DNA of 63,489 bases, the filler included, from Octopus bimaculoides (taxonomy: Eukaryota), in the NCBI RefSeq assembly GCF_001194135.2. It is 4 parts of 3 records of this genome, joined end to end, with 100 filler letters (N's around TTAATTAATTAA, not from the genome) between each part and the next. Parts side by side here need not be neighbours in the genome. Positions count along the whole stretch, not along the records: positions 21,734 to 51,791 come from NC_068988.1; 3 more parts are not named here. One strand, written 5' to 3'. Positions 25,211 through 36,200 of the stretch are shown here, piece after piece. Each line of letters begins with the position of its first letter. Position 1 is the first letter of the stretch. Under the pieces are notes generated by a model. The model was not told the origin of the DNA, did not search any database, and was given only the letters and a program-made list of their open reading frames with translations. The position numbers and the translations under genes are program-made.

Positions 25211-26422
25211 CAGAAACTGGAGATCACTGCACTCTTCCAAACCTCCCAGCTATCACGTCTAGAGTAATGACCACGATTTGCAATAGCTTGAGATTCAAGA
25301 GTAATCCGGGATTTTTGTGTGGAGTTTATCCCGGATTACCCGAAGTAGTCTACCCCACTATTGAGGATTCTATCTATTTATTATTATTTGTTTCTCTATT
25401 TTCAATTATATATCATCTGTTATATCCTTTAATGTTGAAGTATCTCCCCTTGATTGATGTTAACCCCACATGTTCTTGTAATCTCTTTGTGCTGTAACTC
25501 GTCCTTCGATATTGTCCTCCATGTGGCCAATAAAAGAAAGCATATTTTATCATTTATAATATATTTTATGTCATATATACTATTTTATTTTATAGTTCTT
25601 ATTTCCTAACTACACTAGCCAACTTCCACTCCTAAATATTTGACCTCTCCCTTTCCTATTCTTCTTATTCTTATCCATTTCATTTCTTCTAACATTTCTT
25701 CTTGTCTTCTGTATAAATGTGCACACAATGGGTGCGCCAAAGTATTTGTTTACGGTTGACGTAATAAAGTCGCCCTATCTTAATATTAAAAACCCATCCC
25801 GTTAAAGTCAGCATCCACCTACGCTAACCCTCCCTTTTGTCCTCCCTCTCCTTTTCTTTATTCTTTACAACTTCATACGATTCTTCACTCCCAAATATTT
25901 GATCACATTTCTCATTTACTGATCATTTTAATTATACTCAAGCATTTGTTTTCTCTAAGGATTTACTTTTATATGTTGTTTGTTATTTATTTAATTTTTA
26001 TCCTGAACTTCTGACCTCACCACTCATTTCAAATCATATCTTCGTTAGATGACTTGGTATTCAAATTAACCTTCATATAATTAAGGTACCTTCAGCCTGT
26101 TGAGTAGCTAGCAGAGTACCCGTCGTACAGTAATTATTACGCCAGAGAATCTACTATCTAGGAAACATATGTAGTTGGGATTTTATCCGTTTCATTCCCT
26201 GAATTTGCTTTTTTATTCGCATTCATAGCAACTCTAGTTGCTAACCATGAGCAATACATGAATCTTTCAGCTAGTTGAACTTCGACGCCTATAATTTATT
26301 AATGTTCCAGGACAGTTTTTTTAAAACATATCACGGACTACAAGATAATTTTTTAAGTTTCCTACACTTAGATACTTGGATCTTACTATTACACATGCGT
26401 ATACACACACACACACACACAA

Positions 26423-26466
<44 letters not shown>

Positions 26467-26613
26467 ATAATTGATGAGGAAAACGTAAAATGGATTTAGT
26501 ACGAATATTATTTAAGGGTTCGTACCGAATCATTTTCAGTTTCCCACATCAATTATAAATTAAACGAATACTGCAGAACTACTGACGTTGATCCAGTGAC
26601 AATTATACCGTAC

Positions 26614-26679
26614 CTGTGGTTGACACGAGGTAGCCCAAACAGTGAATGTTCTTTAATCGGAATACTATGAAACATAATC
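26614..26679 (-). CDS. Candidate upstream exon of the EGF-CBM14 gene
   Basis: Acceptor ggattttag|GA and donor CAG|gtacgg, 66 nt. Open in phase 1-1 as (G)LCFIVFRLKNIHCLGYLVSTT, supplying the G of the first Asp codon of DVDEC. Also open in phase 2-2, so ambiguous. Confidence 0.4.
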
Positions 26680-28620
26680 CTAAAATCCAAATAATTACTT
26701 ATATACACACACGGAAACACACACACATACAGTGAATTTTTGTCGGTTTTTGCCCTGAAGAGATTTTTACCTTTTAAATGCATAATGCAGTATTAATTGC
26801 AAAATATGAATGAAAGTAAAAAAATGAAAGGTACGTAGACGATATGAGATTTTTATATAAATAAATTGATTTTTTGGTGTTCAAACTCTCCTTTCTCCTT
26901 ATGTTATATTATTAAAATTCTATTCTCCTATATCAAATGGATGAAAACACCTATAACAACTACTAGAACTTCGTTAGTGTTAACAGTAATACTAACACAA
27001 ATTAAGAATTCCAAGTAGATTAATCGGTGTACGCTTACATAAAATACATCGGTGCGTAAGAGCAACATCTTTCCATTCGAAGCTATATATATATATACAT
27101 ACACACATACACACACACACACATATGTATATACATATATATATATATANNNNNNNNNNNNNNNNNNNNNNNNNNNNNNNNNNNNNNNNNNNNNNNNNNN
27201 NNNNNNNNNNNNNNNNNNNNNNNNNNNNNNNNNNNNNNNNNNNNNNNNNNNNNNNNNNNNNNNNNNNNNNNNNNNNNNNNNNNNNNNNNNNNNNNNNNNN
27301 NNNNNNNNNNNNNNNNNNNNNNNNNNNNNNNNNNNNNNNNNNNNNNNNNNNNNNNNNNNNNNNNNNNNNNNNNNNNNNNNNNNNNNNNNNNNNNNNNNNN
27401 NNNNNNNNNNNNNNNNNNNNNNNNNNNNNNNNNNNNNNNNNNNNNNNNNNNNNNNNNNNNNNNNNNNNNNNNNNNNNNNNNNNNNNNNNNNNNNNNNNNN
27501 NNNNNNNNNNNNNNNNNNNNNNNNNNNNNNNNNNNNNNNNNNNNNNNNNNNNNNNNNNNNNNNNNNNNNNNNNNNNNNNNNNNNNNNNNNNNNNNNNNNN
27601 NNNNNNNNNNNNNNNNNNNNNNNNNNNNNNNNNNNNNNNNNNNNNNNNNNNNNNNNNNNNNNNNNNNNNNNNNNNNNNNNNNNNNNNNNNNNNNNNNNNN
27701 NNNNNNNNNNNNNNNNNNNNNNNNNNNNNNNNNNNNNNNNNNNNNNNNNNNNNNNNNNNNNNNNNNNNNNNNNNNNNNNNNNNNNNNNNNNNNNNNNNNN
27801 NNNNNNNNNNNNNNNNNNNNNNNNNNNNNNNNNNNNNNNNNNNNNNNNNNNNNNNNNNNNNNNNNNNNNNNNNNNNNNNNNNNNNNNNNNNNNNNNNNNN
27901 NNNNNNNNNNNNNNNNNNNNNNNNNNNNNNNNNNNNNNNNNNNNNNNNNNNNNNNNNNNNNNNNNNNNNNNNNNNNNNNNNNNNNNNNNNNNNNNNNNNN
28001 NNNNNNNNNNNNNNNNNNNNNNNNNNNNNNNNNNNNNNNNNNNNNNNNNNNNNNNNNNNNNNNNNNNNNNNNNNNNNNNNNNNNNNNNNNNNNNNNNNNN
28101 NNNNNNNATATATATATATATATATATATATACATACGTATGTATATATATGTGCACATAGCATATACATATAGACATACACTTATTCACATGTACATAT
28201 ACACTCTAATTTAAACATCATATCATTCAATTCAGCGTTATGTAATGATTTTTTCTTGCACTCGTTTGGATTTTGTGTTCATTTGTGAAGTTATTTTTTT
28301 CACATTTCCTGAAAAATAAAATACAATTATGTATAGGATATTAACAGATACCAAAATCTTGTTTACGAATGAATTTGTGAAAATAGCCATATTGTAATAT
28401 TTCGCGATTTTGAGTTTCGAACAAAGGTCAGCTAATCAGCATTATTATGATACAAGGTTCTGGGGTGTAATTAACAAACTTTTGCCTATTGAAGGGGATT
28501 TAACTACTTTGGATGGTTACTGTGAGCATAAATTGCATATGAAAAACATTCCGGAAAATGATGCATGCTGCAATCATGCATACATAAATACATAAAGTCA
28601 TGAATATGTGTGTGTATGTG

Positions 28621-28662
<42 letters not shown>

Positions 28663-28708
28663 TGTGTATACTTATATATATGAGTGTGCGTGTATACATA
28701 TATACATA

Positions 28709-28764
<56 letters not shown>

Positions 28765-28899
28765 NNNNNNNNNNNNNNNNNNNNNNNNNNNNNNNNNNNN
28801 NNNNNNNNNNNNNNNNNNNNNTATATTACCAAACGTCCCACCCCATCCATTGAACGGTGTAAGTTCGAGATTGGAGTGGAGTCTAAAATAGTGTAATTC

Positions 28900-29136
28900 C
28901 GCTTCTGTCTATGCTTTTGTCTGTGATCTCTGGCGACTGCAGTAGAAGCATCATTGCGAGAACACCGGAGTTCTACTTGTTGAGTTGTTTGTGATGCTTT
29001 GGCAGTTGAAGTAGAAGCAATGTTGCGACCACTCCGAAGCACACATTGTTCTTCTGTCTCGCTTGCCCGCAAAGAACGCAAAACGGAAGCATCTTTTTGT
29101 TTTTTTGCCAATATGACTCTTGCTTTTTCTAGGCAT
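28900..29136 (-). mobile_element. Probable Helitron Rep/helicase N-terminal fragment
   Basis: One frameshift joins MPRKSKSHIGKKTK to DASVLRSLRASETEEQCVLRSGRN..., resembling invertebrate Helitron ORF starts (recognition from memory). Confidence 0.45.
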
Positions 29137-30164
29137 CCTATAGAAAATCTGTAATTGAATGAATCTTTAAAAATCAATTGAATTTACCTCGTTGCTATTA
29201 GCAAGCACTAAATATGGTATTTGAACACAACAAATTTCCCACAGCACTAAGGCGCATGATTATTTGACATGGTATTGTGAGCATCAAGTGGCACGTGGAT
29301 GCGGACAGTTGTGAATGAGCATTCACATCTATAAGCACTTGTGGACAGAACGTACTTCGAGAAAATCGATATTTTATCAACAAAACGTGCAACTGTGATA
29401 AAATGTAAGTGATCGATGTAAACCCCAGTGCACTGAGAGGTAGCAGAATGTAAAGCGTATTTCTAAGAAATATAACACTAAAGTGCGAAATTTAAATAAA
29501 AATTATGTACAAATCTCTAAAAATGAAAGACAACCAAAACTGGGTTTCCTTTGGGAAAAGGGATGTTAGTATTAAAACTACCTTATATTAATTTGGAAGT
29601 AATGAAAATTCTTCACAAATAAAGTTATTTAAGTCCATGTAACCGGAAATCTTCGAATAATATAGGGTTCGACAATATACGATGTTGACCGATAAAGTAG
29701 CAAACCTTGTGGATGAACAAGATACCAGAAGAGACTGAATAGTGCTTTTTTCAGAATGTAACCGATGAATGTACGATTTTCCTAGATCTTGTTGGATTCT
29801 CTTTCTGTCGTCATCTCTGGTAGATTATACAAAGATTATACAAAGGCGAAACATTTCGCCCCCTCAAAATAAGGGTAGAAGAACATCGCAAAGCTGTGAC
29901 ACGAGGAGATATTGATAAATCGGGTATAGCTGATCATGTATGGAAAAATGGAAACCACCTCCCCCTGTGGGATGAAGTTAAAATAATAGACAGGGAACAA
30001 CACTGGAAAATACGAAAACTAAAAGAAGCAGCACATATGCTAGGACACAACAACCTCCTAAGTAGACCGAGTGCAGATATGAATAGCATATGGGAACCGG
30101 TATTGAGGATGGATAGAAAAATAACAGATTTATAAACCTTAAAATCCACCCCATAATTGCCCAC

Positions 30165-30238
30165 TGGCATATGGCGTAGTGGTTAAGAGCGCGGGCTACT
30201 AACCCCAAGGTTCCGAGTTCGATTCACGGCAGCGACCT
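30165..30238 (+). ncRNA. tRNA-like (Pol III A/B-box) segment within the Penelope tail; not a functional tRNA
   Basis: A box TGGCGTAGTGG 30172-30182 and B box GAGTTCGATTC 30215-30225. Anticodon-like loop CTACTAA, imperfect anticodon and acceptor stems. Confidence 0.72.
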
Positions 30239-30310
30239 GATTAATAATAATAATAATATAATAATAGTAACATCGTTAGGAATGAGAACCCAGGTTCGAA
30301 ATTTCCCCAA

Positions 30311-30357
30311 GACACCTGACGAAGGCTGGAAGGGTATATCAGCCGAAACGTTGTGTT
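30311..30357 (+). ncRNA. Minimal type-I hammerhead ribozyme motif with palindromic stem III
   Basis: Stem I gacac/gtgtt; CTGACGA; stem II ggctg/cagcc; GAAA; palindromic ACGT stem III; triplet GTT. Confidence 0.82.
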
Positions 30358-31149
30358 AACAACAAACAAGATGAGGACAAATATCCGTCGAATGTAAATA
30401 ATGTAAATAATATCATTCAATTATGCTTACTGATAAAAAAATAACTTTAATTTGAAATGTTAATAATAATATTCCTTCTTCGTGAAATGGAATTAAAGAA
30501 TAAACAATCGGCATGTTCGTGTCAAATCAAGTGAGTTACGCAAAAGTCGAAAAATACCGCTCATTTTTTGTTTTATATAAGAAACTGCTAGCTAAAGTTT
30601 CAGATATTTGTCACCCAAATTTCCACGTTCAACTACCGTTTTCTACTGTCAATGGAATTTTGTTGTGAGAAAATATTCACACATTTGATTGATCACCAAT
30701 TAGTGGCATTTATTCGTTGAAGTTAATATTTTATTTCATTTTTAACTTATTCAAAATAATTGTCTTGTCTTCTTATCCCTTTGTGTCAGCATATTTAATA
30801 AATACAGAATGGCATGCCTGGATGCACGTGTTCGAGTACATTTCCTTCTAGAATGATATAGATTTTTACTGCAATCACATGTTCTGTCATGAAATTCGCT
30901 TAGAAAGCTTAATGCACTTAACACTCCGATGCTGACTGGACTAATATAGCAGCTATTCGTTTGTGATTTGCGGAATGATAGCCAATAAACGCTATTAAAA
31001 TCAGATTTTCCATCAAGAACTTGATTAAAAATGGGCAAATCCCACTTTGAAACGAACGATTATAGTATTTAACTGATGTACCCATTCCGACGTATTTTAC
31101 CGGTGTAAAATTTCAGCGCGATCAGTTAAATAATAAGGCTGTTATAATC

Positions 31150-31241
<92 letters not shown>

Positions 31242-31718
31242 NNNNNNNNNNNNNNNNNNNNNNNNNNNNNNNNNNNNNNNNNNNNNNNNNNNNNNNNNNN
31301 NNNNNNNNNNNNNNNNNNNNNNNNNNNNNNNNNNNNNNNNNNNNNNNNNNNNNNNNNNNNNNNNNNNNNNNNNNNNNNNNNNNNNNNNNNNNNNNNNNNN
31401 NNNNNNNNNNNNNNNNNNNNNNNNNNNNNNNNNNNNNNNNNNNNNNNNNNNNNNNNNNNNNNNNNNNNNNNNNNNNNNNNNNNNNNNNNNNNNNNNNNNN
31501 NNNNNNNNNNNNNNNNNNNNNNNNNNNNNNNNNNNNNNNNNNNNNNNNNNNNNNNNNNNNNNNNNNNNNNNNNNNNNNNNNNNNNNNNNNNNNNNNNNNN
31601 NNNNNNNNNNNNNNNNNNNNNNNNNNNNNNNNNNNNNNNNNNNNNNNNNNNNNNNNNNNNNNNNNNNNNNNNNNNNNNNNNNNNNNNNNNNNNNNNNNNN
31701 NNNNNNNNNNNNNNNNNN

Positions 31719-31770
<52 letters not shown>

Positions 31771-33124
31771 CACACACATACACACTCATACGCACACACT
31801 TATCTATAATTACGCGATATTTTGTGCATGTTATACCTCGTCCTTAATGAGGAGGAATTGTGGAAATATTTGAAAATTTATTGAAGGTTAATTTTATCTG
31901 TTCCTAAAAAGTAATGAATTTAATTTGAATTATGCTGTATATATAACTATTAAGAAAACTGACGTTATGAGGTGATACAGACAGTTTTCAAATACAGTAA
32001 TGATATGTATCGACAGAATATTAACCAGATCGCCTAACAAACCTGAACGTTATTGGGAAAATATATTTTATTTCTGTGTAAGATTTCAGTACCTACATTT
32101 CAAAAATGGCTTCTCTATTATTGTGTATCTTTGATGTTTATTTATTCCCTTTGTACATTTACATACGCACACATCTATTGACAAATACATGTAAATTACG
32201 AGACTTCAAAGATCTCAAAAACATGTTGTGTCTTCTTACAGAAAGTAATACGTCTCTTAATAGTCTGGGTTGGAAATTATTCCGTTAAAGTGGTAAGAAT
32301 TATGTCATAAAATTCGACTCAGAATACAGTGTAACTAAGCTTAACGACATCACATGTTTAAATATTTAGATAATCTTCGCTATCCATTGGTATATTGCTT
32401 AGGTTCAGTCATAATAACTGCATTACTTGTGCTATTTTATAATGAAGTTCCACACATTATCATCGAAATCTAGATGATGTGTGTAATTTATAGTTCACTT
32501 GGGAATCTGCCTATAAGATTTATTTGACAGCATAATACAATTGTATGCAAACGCATACGCAACAAAGTGAGACTACGCGACTCCAATAAAGGTTTGGCTT
32601 GCTTACCATGGACAGGAAAGTTTTTCCAACTAATGTTCACTTCGTAGATCCTATCAAACAACGCTCATGCTACACTGTGACCTTTTGCAGCATAACAATT
32701 TTAGTATAAACAAGGTTATAACAGCAGTAACAAATACGGAGACATTTCTTGTATTTTTGTTATGCATAATGCTGTCTTTTTAATATAAGTGGCTGTGTGA
32801 AAATATTTGAATAAATTAATATTACATATACCAAAACAATTTTAATTCGCTCTAGTTAGGTTTAATACAAACGAGGAACTTGTGACATTTATATAGGAGT
32901 AGCAAACACAGTTGTAACATGACTATCTGAGATCATTCACCATAGGCAATCACAATAACACTATTCGAAATTTTATTGTGACTACGTAGTGTCAGCACTA
33001 TATTGTAAACGTGATGTTCGCGATACATTTAGTAGTTCCGTTCAAATACAATCACTTCAGTAGTTTTGAGTAACATTCAACTCTCTCCACCAAAACCGTT
33101 CTTACTACCTGTCTGGTATTTCCT

Positions 33125-33990
33125 CAGCAAAACATGCAACATTAGCAAAAGATCAAATCAGAGCGGGTCCTTAAGAGGTGTCATCGAATTGTCTGGGAGC
33201 TTTGGAAGAATTAGATAGAGCCCTGAAAGACATCCAAGACTGTCAGGCTCCAATGGGGGTTGTAACGTTTCTGTTGTCAGGTGATTTCAAGCAAACTCTT
33301 CCTCTCATTCCGAAAGGCACTAGAGCAGATGAGGTCCAAGCGTGCCTAAATGTATCTACTCTGTGGCGTTCTGTTACGATCCTGAGTCTTATGACTAATA
33401 TGAAGGTTCAACTACACGGTGAAGAAATGTCTGCAAAGTTTGTACAGGACATTTTGACACTTGATGATGGCCAGGTACCTCTCGACGCTGCAGGAGGAAT
33501 GGAAGTGTGACCACTTTTTTCTATTGTTAATTCTGTGGATGAGTTCAAACACAGAGTGCTTCTAAACTTCACAGAAAATTACCAAAACCACAATTGGCTG
33601 TGTGACAGAGCGATATTAGCCCCCAAAACATCATTGTTAATAAAAGAGACCAACAGCTAATGCGTTCTTTTCCTGGCAGTCTTCACACTTAAAGTCTGTT
33701 GATATGATTCTAGATCAAAATGTAGTGGTGAATTATTCTCTATGAGCAGAAATTCCATTTCCGTTCAGAGGACTGCAATTCCCCACTTCGTGACAGTTTT
33801 GCGATATCCATTAACAAATCCCGGGGTCAAACCCTGTCCGTGGCTGGTCTTCTCTTGGAAGAGTCCTGCTTATCGCACGGACAATTGTATGTTGACTACT
33901 CAAGAGTGGGAGGCAAAAGAAACTTCTTTGCATACGTTCCAGAAGGAAAAAAACAAGGAACATTGTTTACAACGAGGTTTTATAATCACA
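33125..33990 (+). mobile_element. Decayed Helitron PIF1-like helicase
   Basis: KTCNISKRSNQ..VLKRCHRIVW / ALEELDRALKDI..LLSGDFKQTLPLIPKGTRADEVQACL..NMKVQLHG / WLCDRAILAP / CLSHGQLYV..SRVG..: PIF1 motifs with stops, shifts and internal deletions. Confidence 0.9.
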
Positions 33991-35399
33991 AGTCAGGAGG
34001 TACGTTATATATATANNNNNNNNNNNNNNNNNNNNNNNNNNNNNNNNNNNNNNNNNNNNNNNNNNNNNNNNNNNNNNNNNNNNNNNNNNNNNNNNNNNNN
34101 NNNNNNNNNNNNNNNNNNNNNNNNNNNNNNNNNNNNNNNNNNNNNNNNNNNNNNNNNNNNNNNNNNNNNNNNNNNNNNNNNNNNNNNNNNNNNNNNNNNN
34201 NNNNNNNNNNNNNNNNNNNNNNNNNNNNNNNNNNNNNNNNNNNNNNNNNNNNNNNNNNNNNNNNNNNNNNNNNNNNNNNNNNNNNNNNNNNNNNNNNNNN
34301 NNNNNNNNNNNNNNNNNNNNNNNNNNNNNNNNNNNNNNNNNNNNNNNNNNNNNNNNNATATATATATATATATATATACACGTATGTATGCATACATATA
34401 TAGACATATATAGGTGTGTTAAGCGTATTCTTATCATATTGTGGTTGTTCTGACGGTGGCAATTCTACCACTAACTGTATAGCTTGAGTGATTCAAATTC
34501 CACTTCAATTAACATGAGTGCAACAATTAAAAACGAATTCATGTATTTAGTGATAAATTATGAGGATTTAACATGTTCTGTATTCTAAAAAACATGACTT
34601 CGTTAAACATATGCAGAATATATAATGAAACATTAAATAGTTCTTTATTTATACTTACGTCGTCTGATATTTTACATTATTTTAAACGTGAATAGATGTA
34701 GGTTTGAAGTAACAGGATATAATAATATTTATTTTGTTTAATGTATTGGAAAATTATCACAGATCGACTTGTTCACCTTCAAATGATGTATTTAATCGAT
34801 GTGCTTCAATTTCCTTTTACAAGACTCAGCAAGTGATAAAATATATTGATAAATTTATAGTTGAAAATTGTAGTTTGTAGAACAGTTTAAATGTCACTAT
34901 GGTATCCAGTTGATACATTATGTGTTCTTTGACTGTCGAGGATTCCTACCTCCTGATTATTACAATTTCTCAATGATTTAAAATATTGTCAACTTGTCCA
35001 TAGTTGTATATTTTGTTTTTGTAGTCTTTTCAATGTTGACACAGTGACTCAATGTCTGTTTTTCAGACAAGAAATTAATATCATGTCTTCCGCGACGTCA
35101 ACATTGCTGCCAATACCTTTTCCGATTTAATGCTAACATTCTTGAATGATTCAGATAGTCTTTCATTCTATCAAACTATTATAATTTTATGTGAATAAAA
35201 GCGTGTCACATTTCTCTCAGAATCATCTTCCTTCAACATAGCATGAGATGTCACAACACTTTCACTTCAACATAAACCTAATTGAGAATTGTGCAAACAG
35301 CTTTTAGAACTCAGTACTCGATAGCTGTTGTCTTAAAACAATTGATCTAGTATTATCTAATGATGCGAATAATTTACTTTTATATGAATTTTCTTGAAA

Positions 35400-36200
35400 A
35401 TTCTTAATCTCCTTTCTCAACGCATCACTTCCACACATTGAATAACTTTTGGAATAACTTCAACGCACCATTTATGTTTTATTTTTCTTCAATTTTTTTA
35501 CTTTCACTCCTCTAAGCCATTATAGAAAATATCTGCGTAATTATCCAAGCGGTCTTACTCTGTTGGTAGATTACTGAAGGTGTATCTTTTGTGCAACAAT
35601 GGCTCATTACTTCTCCATATCATTTTCCGTTTTTAGTACCCAGTATGTTAGCAATTTCAATATTTGTAATTATATATTTGCATTTTGTGCTTCTGGTTAT
35701 ATCGCTACTCGATGTGGTTCCGTTCCAAAAATCTTCTATAATACAGGCCACTTAAGAGTGCATTTTAAATGTTAGCAGGTGTGGATTTCATCGGAATTGC
35801 GGAAAATATTATACGCATCCATTTATCGTATGAGTCTAACTCTTCATCAGTGTACCCAATCAATAATCTCTTGAATTTGACGTTATATTTTTAATCAGAA
35901 CATCTATTCCTCAGTACCGCCACGTCTGTGTGAAGCAGTCAACCTCGAGCAATCGGAAAAGTAACTAGATGCTGAATGACATTCACTCCCTGACGAAATT
36001 GTCCATGTGCTTTGATCCTTAATGCGCATAGGGAGAAAGTAGGGCCAGTCACTCATTACATGCATTCTGCCTTTTGATATGCCAAATATTTCTGGAATTT
36101 CTGCAGAATCCTCAAGCTTATTTGCATCTCAACAGAATGCAGGATCTCTCTGAGGACTCTGTCGTTTACACCAGCACTTGTGCCAAAATGTCCGATTTGT
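35400..36200 (-). mobile_element. Possible very old mariner fossil
   Basis: Fragmentary similarity only: EIPEIFGISKGRMH (HTH-like) and LFQKLFNVWK*CVEKGD (C-terminus-like); many stops. Confidence 0.3.

Larger units (their letters stand above)
29834..30410 (+). mobile_element. 5'-truncated Penelope-like retroelement (GIY-YIG C-terminus + tRNA-like segment + hammerhead)
   Basis: RLYKGETFRPLKIRVEEHRKAVTRGDIDKSGIADHVWKNGNHLPLWDEVKIIDREQHWKIRKLKEAAHM... (YxGET-R-R-EH and E motif), stop at 30135. The 11-mer agattatacaa is duplicated at the 5' junction. Confidence 0.88.

Noticed and set aside
30165-30238. Functional tRNA gene
   Set aside because: Anticodon and acceptor stems are mismatched and it is embedded in a retroelement tail; treated as tRNA-derived.
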